Below are positions 23,688 to 35,719 of a stretch of DNA of 64,000 bases, piece by piece. The position numbers were made by a program, and so were the translations under genes. Below the pieces are notes generated by a model, which was not told the origin of the DNA, did not search any database, and saw nothing but the letters and a program-made list of their open reading frames with translations. Source of the stretch: Mobula hypostoma (taxonomy: Eukaryota). The first letter of the stretch is position 1. Every line of letters starts with the position of its first letter. Where the stretch lies: positions 53,072,001-53,136,000 of the forward strand of contig NC_086106.1 of the NCBI RefSeq assembly GCF_963921235.1, given 5' to 3'.

Positions 23688-25561
23688 CATATAAAGTAGC
23701 AAAAGTGAGTGGGAAATTGGATGATTGGGAAGTTTTTAAAATCCAACAAAAGGCAACTAAAAAAATCTATGAGAAAGGAAAAGATGAAATATGAGGGCAC
23801 AGACTAGCCAATAATATAAAGTAGGATACCAAAGTTTTTTCAGTTATATAAAAGAGTAAAAGGGAGGTGAGAGTTGATGTTGAACCACTGGAAAATGATG
23901 CTGGTGGGTGAGGTAGTAATGGGGGGCAAATAAATGGCAGATGAACTTAATGGGTGCTTTGCATTTGTCTTCACTGTGAAAGACACTAGCAGTGTGCCAG
24001 AGGTCCATGAATGTGCCAGGCAAACTCAAAGGTGTTAAAGGTAGATAAGTCACCTGGACCGGAGGGACTACATCCCAGAGTCCTGAGAGAGGTTGCTGAA
24101 GAGATAATGGATACATTGGTTATGATTTTTCAAGAGGTCTGGAAGATTGCAGATGTTACTCCTTTCTCTGAAAGGGAGTAAAGTAAAAGGAAGGAAACTA
24201 TAGGCCAGTGATTGGGGAAGTGTTGGAGTCTATTATTAAGGATGAGGTTTCGAGGTACTTGGTTACTAGTGATAAAATAAGCCAAAGTTAGCATGACAAA
24301 GGGAAATCTTGCCTGACAAAGAGTTCTTCAAGGAAGTAACACGCAGGGTGGACACAGACACAGTGGGTGTCATTTATTTGGATTTTCAGAAGGCATCTGA
24401 TAAGGCTGCTTAACAAGATAAAATCCTATGGCATTACAGGAAACATACAGGCATGGATAGTGAAATGGCTGACATGCAGAGGCAGCAAGTGGGAATAAAA
24501 GGGACCTTTTCTTGTTGGCTCCTGGTGACTAGTGGTGTTTCTCAGGGGTCAGTATCGGGACTGCTACTTTTCACATTGTCTGTCAGGATTTAAATCATGG
24601 AATTGATGTCTTTATGACAAAGTTTGTGGATGATACAAAGATAGGTGGAGGGTTAGGTAGTGCTGAGGAAGCAATGCGATTGAAGCAGGACTTGGACAAA
24701 TTGGAAGAATGGGCAAAAAAGTGGCAGATGGAATACAGTGTTGGGGCATGTATGATAATGCATTTTGGTAAAAGGAACAATAGTGCGGACTATTATCCAA
24801 GTAGGGAGAAAGTTCAAATGTCAGAGGTGCAGTGGGACTTGGGAGTCCTCGTGCAAGACTCCCAGAAGGTTCATTTTCAGGTTGAATCTGTGGTAAAGGA
24901 GGAAAATGTAATGTTGACATTTATTTCGAGGGGAATAGGATATAAAAGCAAGGAGATAATGCTGAGCCTTTATAAGACACTAGTCAGGCCACACTTGGAG
25001 TATTGTCCACAGTTTTGGGCCCCATATCTCAGAAAGGATGTGTTGTCATTGGAGAGAGCCTGGAGAAGATTCACGAGGATGATTCTGGGGGTGAGGGGGT
25101 TAATATAGGAGTGTTTGGCAGCTTTGGGCCTGTACTCATTGGAATTTAGAAGGATACAGGGGGTTCTCATTGAAACCTACTGAATGTTGAAAGGCTAGAT
25201 AGGGTGGATGTGGAGGGGATGTTTCCTATGGTGAGGGAATCCAGAACTAGAGAGCACAGCATCAAAACTGAGGGGTGACCCTTTAGAACAGAGATAAGGA
25301 GAAATTTTTTTTTAGCCAGTGAGTAGTAAATCAGTGGAATGCTCTGCCACAGACTGCAGTGGAGGCCAAATCCGTGCGTATATTTAAGGCGGAAGTTGAT
25401 CGTTTCCTCATTGGTCAGGGCATCAAAGGATAGGGTAAGAAGACAGATGTATGAGGTTGAGTGAGATCCGGGATCAGCAAAGATGGAATGGTGGAACAGA
25501 CTTGATGGGTTGAATGGGTTGAATGGCTGAATTCAACTCCTATGTCTTATGGTCTTGTGGT

Positions 25562-26175
25562 CTTATCAGGACTGGAAAGGAAGAGGAGAAGAAGGCTGGG
25601 GAGGGGAGGAAGAAGTACAAGGCAGTAGGTGATAGGTGAAACCAGGAAGGGGGAGGTGAAATAAAGAGCTGGGAAGTTGATTGGTGAAAAAGATAAAGGG
25701 CTGAAGAAGGGGGAATCTGATAGGAGAGGAAGAAAAGGAAGTGGGAGGAGTACCAGAGGGAGGTGATGAGCGAGTAAGGAATATAAGGTTTTGCTCCTCC
25801 AACCTGAGTATGCCTCATCGTGGCAGTAGAAGAGGCCATGGATTGACATAACGGAATGGGAAGTGGAATTGAAATGAGTGGCCACTGGAGATCTAGCTTT
25901 TTGTGGCAGATGGAATGAAGGCGCTTGGCGAAGCAGTCTCCAAAGCTACGTTGGGTCTCACCAGTATACAGGAGGTCACAGTGGGAGCACCAGATACGGT
26001 AGACCCCAATAGACTCGCAGCTGAAGAGCCACCTCACCTGGAAGGACTGTTCGTGAGGAAAGATGTGTAGGGGCAGGTGTGGCACTTGTTCCCCTTGCAA
26101 TGGTAAGTACCAGCTGAGAGATCCGTGGGGAGGGGCAAGTGGACAACGGAGTCATGTAGGGAGCGATTCCTGTGG
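25562..26175 (-). mobile_element. Penelope-like element 3' fragment (GIY-YIG region)
   Basis: Minus-strand peptide FSCESIGVYRIWCSHCDLLYTGETQRSFGDCFAKRL. Confidence 0.85.
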
Positions 26176-26404
26176 AATTAAATCTCTTTTGTTGTTGATG
26201 AACAGCTATACCACATTAAAAAAATGTCTGGAAGTTCATGGACTGTCCCAACAGCAATATAACTGTACACCACTCTGCTGTAATAGTTTGGGCTTCATCA
26301 CCAATATTGCTGCCCTTAGGGAGATCCAGTAGGCTGGAGGCAAACAGTTCAAATGGCAAACCAGTGGGAACATCTTCTGTAAGGGTGAGCTGGAAGTAGA
26401 AAAA

Positions 26405-26832
26405 AAAGCTGCCCAGCAGATTATCGGCACCCAATTGCCCACCATTGAGAACATCTACCATAAACGCTGCCTGGGGAGGGTGAAAAGCATTATCAGGGAT
26501 GCACCTCACCCTAACCGTGGATTTTTTACTCCCCTCCCATCTGGTAGGCACTACAGGAGCCTCCGCTCCCGCACCAGCAGGCACAGGAAGAGCTTCTTCC
26601 CTGAGGCTGTGACACTGCTGAACCTCTCATCACAGCGCTAAGCAGTATTGCATCCGTATTGTACTGTCTCAGTACTTTTATACTTGTGTGCTGTAGCACT
26701 TTTTTATTCGCAGTTATTTTGTAAATAACACTATTCTTTGCATTTCTGGTCAGATGCTAAATGCATTTCATTGGCTTTGTATCTGTACTCGGGTCAATGA
26801 CAATAAAGTTGAATCTAATCTAATCTAATCTA
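26405..26832 (+). mobile_element. Young Rex1-type LINE 3' end with (aatct)n tail
   Basis: AAQQIIGTQLPTIENIYHKRC...PLPSGRHYRSLRSRTSRHRKSFFPEAVTLLN, then caataaagttg(aatct)4. Confidence 0.88.
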
Positions 26833-27250
26833 AAATCGCTTTCATGGAGTTTATTTAACTACCAAGCTAGTCCAGTGTTTCAGTTCAGAATTAATGTACA
26901 CAGTATTACCCTTAGGCTCACTCTAAAGTTAAAACGGTATAATACAGTCAGTGGTGCATGTCCCCAGTGTTGAATCTTTGGATGATGTCAAGAGGGGCTT
27001 CTGTTCTATCTTGCAAATATACTGGTCCACATCCCAGAGGAAGGCAAACTGACCCTTCTGGACAATATATTCACCAAAGAGGGAAAAGACTTAAACCTCT
27101 GGCAATGTATGACTGGCAGTGAAGCAGCAACAGAAATAACTAGGTGTGGATATCTGTCCCAACTATGCCTTATATAGTTGTATGTACTTATATGATATTG
27201 TCCTATCTTCTGATGTTCCAGCAAAAAAAACAATCCAAGTTGTTAAGATT

Positions 27251-28082
27251 TGTTAGGTCCCCCGTAACTGGGTTGCCAAACCAGCAGAAATGGACCACTT
27301 AGTTGGAGTCTGGTTTAACAGAAGCTAATAAAGTTTTATTAAAGAAATAAGTAACACAGTACTCTAATCGTAAGGATATAAATGCAACAGATTAGCAATG
27401 ATAAAACACACATGTACACAGAACTAGGGTAATAGGAATCAACCAAGCTCTATCGCAGTCTAGGGGTAAAATGATCAGTCCCAAGTGACGCAGAGTTCAG
27501 TTCAGCTTAGTACAGTTCGCAGTAATTGCTGTTGTGCCGTTGGGGAGAGAGAGAGAAAATGCAAATTTTGATTCAAACAGACCTTTGATGTTCTTCGCAG
27601 TTAGCTTTCGGGCGAACCCTTTTATATCTTCTGTGGTCACTGACTGTGACCCCTCCGTTCCGGATACGACCGTTCTTCCGTGGTGAACCCGGCACCCAGG
27701 CAAGGGTGGACACACACACCAGGTTCCCGCCGATCGTACCTTTTCACCCTGTGCGTCTATGGTCGGTTCCCGCGACCAGACCTCCAAACTCCCAACTTGT
27801 GGGGGCACACCGCTCTTCCAGGGTCTCGTTATCTCGTGATCTCGTGGTGTGTGTCGTGCCTTAGCGAACCTGTTCTTTTTATCCCCCTGCTGGGGTATCA
27901 CCTGTCCATCAAACTTCAAACAGTTCAGGTTCAAAGCAATCGGTCTGTCAATATCTGAAATGTGTTTCTTTCTCATTAATCTCTCTTCTCTCTTATTAGC
28001 ATTTTGAATGTTTCTCCATTGTCTCCCTTATCTTATCTCTCTCATCAGCATCAATCTTCTGATAACTTGGTTTTTCGTCACA
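27251..28082 (-). mobile_element. Solo LTR (family A, copy 2)
   Basis: TGT...ACA ends and 4-bp TSD GATT (27247-27250, 28083-28086). Reverse-complement homolog of 3951-4817, inserted into a CR1 3' fragment that continues to about 28385. Confidence 0.9.
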
Positions 28083-28514
28083 GATTATGATAGGCACAGA
28101 TGGTCAAAGTTTTTTTCCCAGGGTAGAAATTTCAAATTCTAGAGGCTGCATCTTTAAAGCAAGAAGGGGAAAGTTTAAAGAAGATTTAGTTTTTTTTAAA
28201 GTGGCTAGAACCAGGGGAAGTGATGGAAACAGATATGAGAACAACATTTAAGTGGCATTTCAATGGGCATATGAGCATGAAGGGAACAGAGGGATGTAGA
28301 CCATGTTCAAGTACATGGGATTAGTTTGGATTAGCATCATGTACACCTAATTGAAGAGCTTGTTCCTTACTGTATGTTGTTCATGATATCAGCAACAATT
28401 TTCCCAGTACTTTCCCTGTGGTGCCAAAAATTCCTACCTTGTGAGTAGTGTCAGTCCTGTACTAGAAAGTATAACCTTGCTCTAACTTTTTAAAAAAGTA
28501 ATATGATTCCTTAA

Positions 28515-28965
28515 GGTTGTCATAGCTGGGATGGTAGTGGGGATAAGCTCCCACAACCTATTAAATGTTCCCAGTGGCATGCATCTCAAATAACCTCTGA
28601 CAACCAAGTGCAGCTCCAGGCCTTCACATGTGGCTTAGCTACTGAGCCAAGTAGAACCATTTCTGCTGATGGGAGAAGGGGCAAAGATGGGTTCCTGGTG
28701 CCTTAAAACCAGTCACTTTGGGCAGATGGGGCTCGTCAGCTGTAGTTGGCAGCACATCTAGAAGGAAAATTCTGATCTCTGACCTCCACTGCCATGCGGC
28801 TATACCCATTCATGAGGAAGCCTTCGGGAATAAACCCCGAAGGAAAGATCTGGAGTCCCTAAGTCAGTCCTAAATTGAGTTTAACACTGACTGGCAACTC
28901 CCATGATACCTCTGGTGCTGAACTGTATTGGTCTCTGCTGTTCCTTTGGATTAATCAGCTGCGTG
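28515..28965 (+). mobile_element. Probable RTE-type LINE 5' region or derived short element
   Basis: ggggctcgtcagc...ctagaaggaaaattctgatc...ccactgcc resembles RTE-clade 5' UTRs. Family call is from recognition only. Confidence 0.45.
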
Positions 28966-28967
28966 TA

Positions 28968-29278
28968 GCATCAAGACCCACACCACCAGGTTCAGCAGTA
29001 GGTATTACAAGTCAACCGTTAGGCTCTTGAACCTGAGGGGATAATTTCACTCAACTTCACTCAACCCATCACTGAACTGTTCCGATAACCTATGGACTCA
29101 CTTTCAAGGAATCTTCATCTCATGTTCTTGATATTTATTGTTCGTTTATTTGTTATTATTATATTTTTATTTTGTATTTGCATAGTTTGTCTTTTACACA
29201 TTGGTTGTTTGCCCAATCTGTTGTATGCAGTTTTCATTGTTGTGTTTCTTGGATGTACTGTGTATGCTTGCAGAAAAT
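28968..29278 (+). mobile_element. Rex1-type 3' UTR fragment
   Basis: Closely similar to 16890-17195 (cccacaccaccaggttcag...cccatcactgaactgtt...gcagaaaatg). Confidence 0.8.
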
Positions 29279-30584
29279 GTGCTACTACAGTCAAAGGCAT
29301 AGGATCACCAGGAAGAAATTGAAGGCAAATGTTATGCTTTTATCACAACAGGATTTGAGTTCAGAAACATTTTCTACAATTAATCTGTGTCTTAGTGATG
29401 CTGTACCTGAAGAAATGTGTAAATTTTCCTTTTAGGAACAAATGTACTCACTGCAGAGGAAACACAACAAAGGTTCATCAGACTGCTATGTGTTGGCAGG
29501 GCTGTAGTAGGAGTGAAGAACAGCTCAACTCTATCACTCTATATTTTGTAATACTCTTGTGTACATCAAACTATCTGCCCCCTGCACTATTCAGCCAACA
29601 GAGGAGTTTGACTCTCGCCTAAGGTGCTAAACAGGAGAATGAAGGGAAGAACAATAAGATGTAAAGCAGATGGCAGGAGGAGATGGTCATTGTACCCATT
29701 ATTGAGTGATACTATGTTAACTCTTCCCTTCAACTTTGTAGGTCTTGCAAGCAGATATTACTGAAAGACTTCAGCCTTCTTTGCAGGGAAGTGGATCAGC
29801 AATGTCATAGAAGGCTAGACTCATGAGGAGTTTCTTTTGTGTGCTGTGGTAGTACTGGACCCTTACTGTGGTTGGGAGCTGGAGACGGAGTGATGCATGC
29901 TGAACTAACTTTCTCTAAAATCTCACTAAGGGTAGTTTGTAATGGTTTATCATACTCAGTGAGCACATGACCCCATTTTATATTATCAATTGATTGACTT
30001 CTTAGCAAACAGCGGATTTATTCTTCTAAGTATTTGGTTCTGTTAAAGATTCTCACAGGTTTCAAATGTATTCACTACGAATCATTTTTGGCATCTCCAG
30101 TGGCTGATGTGTCAACACTTGCAAATTCCATGGCATCAGTATAATTGGCCGTAATGATTTTTGTGAAAGTTGTTTTCAGTGCTTGCTTGAATTACAGCCA
30201 GTTCTCACCACACTGTTCAGCTGCTTGGCTCTGTAACCAGGAAGGATCTGGAGGAAATACAATTGATCCTGTCATCTGAAGGAATACGAGACAGAGGGAC
30301 TTTGCTGTCCAAAAGCTTTTAAGAATCAATAGAAGCATTTGCATTGCTATCAATCTGGTATTTTATTCCAACACATGGCTTGAGGCAGGACAACTAGTTA
30401 TCTCAGCATTGGATAAATTCAATGCAAATAGGAAAGGCGGGCTTTAAGATCCCAATATACGCTGTTACATCTTTATAGGTGATGATGCTGATCATAGACA
30501 CATTTTGGAGGCACTTGTATGTTGTTGTACTGAGTTCTCCAGGGAATTACAAATATATGATCTTTCTTTTTGGGAATATTGGCC

Positions 30585-31152
30585 TTGATAAGGCATTGAT
30601 CAGAATATTATGAGCAATTTTGGGCCTCTTAACTGGCATTGAAGAGGGTCCAGAGGAGGTTCATGAGAATGATCCTGGGAATGAAAGGGATAACATATGA
30701 AGAGCACTTGATAGCTCTGGACTTGTATTCACTGGAGTTTATAAAAAATGAAGGGGGTCGGGGAGGAGGAATCTCATTGAAACCTGTCAAATATTGTAAG
30801 ACCTAGATAGAGTGAACGTGAAATTGATGTTTCCAATATTGGGAGAGTGTAGGACCAGAGGACACAGCCTCAGAATACATGGACGTCCATTTAGAACAGA
30901 GATGAGGAATTTCTTTAGCCAGACAGTGATCAATCTATGAAATTCATTACCACAGGTGGTTGTGGAAGCCAAGTCATAGGTATATTGAAAGCTGAGGTTC
31001 ATAGGTTCTTGATTAGGAAGGGCATCAAAGATGTATGGAGAAGGCAGGAAAATGGGGTTGAGAGGAATAATGAATCAGAAATGATGGAATGCTGAGGTAA
31101 ACTCAACAGGTTGAATAGCCTAATTCTGCTCCAGTGTCTTATGATCTGTGGT
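30585..31152 (+). mobile_element. CR1 LINE 3' fragment
   Basis: gagggtccagaggaggttcatgagaatgatcc...ttagaacagagatgaggaatttctttagcc...gcctaattctgctcc. Confidence 0.85.
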
Positions 31153-31409
31153 CTTCCCTTTGCCATGGATATGCAAAAGTCTCCAAGTACAATTGTCTCT
31201 AATGTGCAATACCTTTGATCTAACCACACTCGTATTTCTAAGCTATATTGACTGTTCTATTGTATATCTTACTGTACATACTATTTATTACAAATTACTA
31301 TAAATTGCACATTACACATTCACACAGTGACGTAACATAAAGATTTTTACTCATGTTTGTGAAGGATGTAAGAAATAAAGTCAATTCAATATAATTCAAT
31401 TTCATTCGT

Positions 31410-32842
31410 GTCAGAATCAGAATTAGGTTTATTATCATTGATATATGTCATTAAATATGTTGGTTTTAAGCTGATTACAGTGACATACATGAAAATTACG
31501 ATAAGCTACAAACATAAATAGTATAAAAAGAGGAATATTGAAGTAGTGTTCATGGATCATTCAGAAATCTGATGGCAGAGGGAACAAAGCTATTCATAAA
31601 ATGTTGAATATGCATCTATAATCTCCTGCATCACCTCTGTGATCGTAGTAATGAGAAGAGAGCATGTCCTGGCTGATGGGGGTCCTTATTACTGAATGCT
31701 GCCTTTTTGAGGCACGATTTTTTAAGATGCCCTTGGTGATGGGGAGGGTTGTGGCCCATGAAAGAGCTGGCTGAGTATATCACCCTCTGCAGCCTTGTTC
31801 AATTTTGTGCATTATGCTTTCATCCCTGGCTATGATGCAGCCAGTCAGAATGCTCTACATACATCTGTAGAAATTTGCAAGAGTCTTTGGTGACCTTCCA
31901 AATATCCTCAAATTCCTGGTGAATCAGAAATGAAGTCATATATCAATGTGTTGGGTCCAGGCTAGATTTTCTGAAATGTTGACACCCAGGAACTTGAATC
32001 TACTCGCCCTTTCCAGCGCTGACCCCTCATGAGAACTGGTAACGCACACAAAATGCTGGTGAACGCAGCAAGTCAGGCAGCATCTATAGGAGGAGGTACA
32101 GTCGACGTTTCGGGCCAAGACCCTCGTCAGGTCCTGAGAAAGGGTCTCGGCCCGAAACGTCGACTGTACCTCTTCCCATAGATGCTGCCTGACCTGCTGA
32201 GTTCCACCAGTGTTTTTTGTGTGTTGCTTGAATTTCCAGCATCTGCAGATTTCCTCGTGTTTATGAGGACTGGTGTTTGTTCTCCTGACTTCCTCTTCCT
32301 GAAGTCCACAATGAAATCCTTGGACTTGCTGACATTAATTGTGAAGTTGTTATTGTGGTATCACGCAGCCAGGTGATCCATCTCACTCCTGTACAGCACC
32401 TCATAAACTACCTGACATTCTGCCAACAACAGTGGTGTCGTCAGCAAATTTATAGATGATGTTTGAGCTGTGCCTAGCCACAGTCATGAGTGTAGAGAGA
32501 GTAGAGCAGTGGGCAAAGCACACATCTTAGAAGTGCTCTGTGTTGATAATCAGTATATTTTCACCAATGTGTACTGACTGTAGTCTCCCAATGAGTAAGT
32601 TAAGGATCCAATTGTGGAGGCCTTGTTGGTTATTCGTGAGGATATGATGACGTTGAATGCTAAGCTATAATCGATAAACAGCAGGCTGACATATGCGTTG
32701 CTGTTGTCCAGGTACTCCAAAGCCGAGGAGAGAGCTAGTGAGATTGTATTTGCTGTAGACTTGTGGCTGTAGGCAAATTTCATAAGTCCAGGTCCTTGCT
32801 CAGGCAGGAGTAAATTCTAGCCATAACAAAATCTCAAAGCAT
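31410..32842 (-). mobile_element. Rex1-type LINE RT/3' fragment
   Basis: Minus-strand peptides FAYSHKSTANTISLAL, LLFIDYSLAFN, FADD and FKFLGVNISENLAW, and an (attctg)n tail. Confidence 0.88.
32041..32262 (+). mobile_element. Fold-back mini-Penelope insertion (222 bp)
   Basis: 12-bp TSD atgag(a/g)actggt (32029-32040, 32263-32274). About 90-bp inverted arms centred near 32132. Confidence 0.88.
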
Positions 32843-35719
32843 ACCAGTTCAGTATCTGAGCTGGTGCTTATTAATGTGAGGTTCAGTGATGTGTATCCTT
32901 TCTCATTTGGAATGATTTATCATCTCCTCCCTGAATAGAAGAGAATGTCTATAGTGTGCACATATGGAGCTATTTGTAGCATACGTGCAAATATGATGAA
33001 ATATTCATTGCAGAGATGAAGACGGTGTGTGCAGTCAAATATTAAAACACCAGAGAAGTTCAGTCCTTCTGTGATACAAGTGCCAAAGGCTGGGCTACTT
33101 CATTGCCCACCATGTGAAAGATAGGTGGATTTTCCTGCTTGATCATGTAGTTCTTGCAATTAGCCTGGGGAAAAAAAAGGAGATACTTTAAAATGCATCA
33201 ATGGCATGGTTAACTTAATTGATATCTGTGTGTTCACTTGTCTGTCTTTGAAGTTTTGTATAAATGCAGCTGTCTGTGTTACACAAGGCGAGAACTGCAG
33301 ATGCAAGTGTTAGAACCCTTATCTTACATTTCAATAGTTCAGTTTAATATCAGAGAATGTATACAATATATAACCTGAAATTCTTACTCTCCGCAGACAT
33401 TCTCAAAACAGAAGAAAACCCCCAAAGAAGGAATGACAGAAAAAACATAAGAACCCCAAAGCCCTCCTCCCCCTCCAATGCACAAGCAGAGGCAAGCAGC
33501 ATCAACCATCCCTCTTCCTCACTTATTCTAGCATAAAGCATCAACATTCCCACCATCCACCAGCAAAGCCCTCAAAGAGAGACCATGATCTACAGTACAT
33601 CAAAAACTAGCTGTTCACTCCAACATTTGAATATCCCACAGGTTCTCTCTCTCTCACTAACAAGGAAGAGACAGATATCTAATGAGGTCATAATTCTACT
33701 CATGGTTCTATTGACGGCATTTCTCCAGTATCCTTAGAAAGTCACAGAGAAAGAACTATTCTGTGCTCACCTTTCAACTCCTCAATGTAACCTAGACCAT
33801 ATGGCACCTCAACTAGAATATGGAGGTTGTAGTCTGAAAAACAATGTTCAAGTTCCGTCCTTTCCACAGCATATACCTTAACCACTTCTGCAGAAGCATC
33901 AGCACGTACAATACTTGCAGAAGTGCTGTGGCTGATGGCTTCGCAGAGAGCCTGTCAGTTCTTTGAAACGGGCATTATGATCTCTAAAATTGTATTTATG
34001 CTGCACGGCATGAATCAGACCCAAACCACAGTCTGCTTTCATTGAGGAGTAAAAGAACTTTGGAGCTCTGGTTTTAATAGAGAGCCAAGTTCTCAGTAAC
34101 AGCATTCTTGTCAATAGTATTCAACGTCTCCCATGTTCATAATGGACTAAAAGCTGTTAAAATCTCATGTGCTATCTACTCCTCTGCTTTACTTCTGTAC
34201 TGAGTTTTCTTCTGAAGCCTATGTCTAAAGTCAAAGTCACTTCAATCAGGAAAATATTTTAAAATTTGTTTATCAAAATTGTATCCATAAATATTTAGTG
34301 TTTTAGATTAATATTATGGTGGAAGTGGCTGATACTTACTGAAATCTAATATGAAATTTGCAGTCCAGAAAGAGTGAGAAAGTAAACTTACTTTTACTTC
34401 TGTGAATGACCGGTGTCATTGAAGCTTTCTTAGAAAATTATATCCAAAATTGTCTTTTTGGTTCAAGCTTTAATAAATATAATGATATAATGGAAGGGCC
34501 AATTAAGCAAATCAGTACTACCAAGTTCAGTGTTAAGCTGTTGTGGTCTTGAACCTGTCTGTTTATCTTAAGTGTACAACTTCAGCTGTTCTGAATTTCT
34601 TTTGAGGTAGTTGCTGAAATTGAAACATAAGTGTATTAGTGAGAAGATATAGATCATGCACGGAACGAATTAGGTGCAAATAATGGGCCATTCTTGAAAA
34701 TCCTGTTGGAAAATTTCTAAGAAAATATCGATTCATCTCTTGTGTTATAAGTACTTAGACTCAGTAGATGTATGTATCTACTTCTGAGAATAGTTAGGAT
34801 ATAGAACTCATTACCGCATGGAGTAGCTGGGACTTCAAGCAAAAGTTTGCTTTCCCCTGGGAAAAAATGATTTAGTAGGATATCCAAAAACATGAATTGA
34901 AGCAAGAGTAAGTTTATTGGACATTAGCACCACTGTGGATCTATAGACATTGATTCCTACTTGCTTAAAAGTGTACACCTGGGTTTTAGTCTCACTTTAC
35001 AATGTAAATTGAAACATTATAGTTACCAGAATGATAATTGCCTATTAATATCTCTGAAAGACTTTGCATTGAAAAATAAAATTGTTCCCACAAGTACGGA
35101 AAAATGTTTCTCTTGGATGAGAGATAACAGATCTGATCATCCTTCTAATGGACACAGGAATAACTGATGGCACTTGCCTTTACTTCTGACCAGAAGTTAT
35201 ACAGATTACTAGTGTACTGCTACTTGCTATTTTTCGATTGGCTGCCCTCCAAATGAAACCAGTCCTCATGACACTGCTGTGAGGTGGAAACTCCCAATCT
35301 TTGTTGGCATGCAGCCACACCATTCAGCGAGTCTGGTCTGCTGAAATATTATGTTGTAGTTGAACAACTGGATGACAAGAGACTGCTGGCTGAGTTGATT
35401 CTTGAGTTTCTCGGAGTTGCTGACTTGGTCTGAAATTCTGGTTTGAGGAGTGGGGAGATGGGTTGTGATGGGACGTGAATTGCCCATATGATTTGCTGAA
35501 GATATTAGCCAGCAAGACAGAGTCATTGTGGATAAGCAATAAAATAAATTCACAAAATGGTGGTAATTAGTCCCACTTCATTCACATGGGTACAACTCCC
35601 CCTCTCCCCCTCTGTCCACCCCGCCCAGATATTTCTCAGTTGAAGGCCATCCCCACCCCTAGGAAATAATCCGGCTAAGAGATGTCACTAATGTTTGTAA
35701 ATCACTTTGGAATAGCGAG

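Larger units (their letters stand above)
21293..25560 (+). mobile_element. Long CR1 LINE relic (end of ORF1, EN, RT, 3' tail) hosting nested insertions
   Basis: LYLNVQNVRNKVDEL, VDITES, GDFN, LGGSDHNM, KFVDDTKIGG and LYKTLVRPHLEYCPQFWAPYL, then tail cctatgtcttatggtcttgtggtctt. Confidence 0.92.

Noticed and set aside
29530-30500. Possible very old LINE coding remnant
   Set aside because: Only vague motif resemblance; no defensible family assignment without an HMM search.
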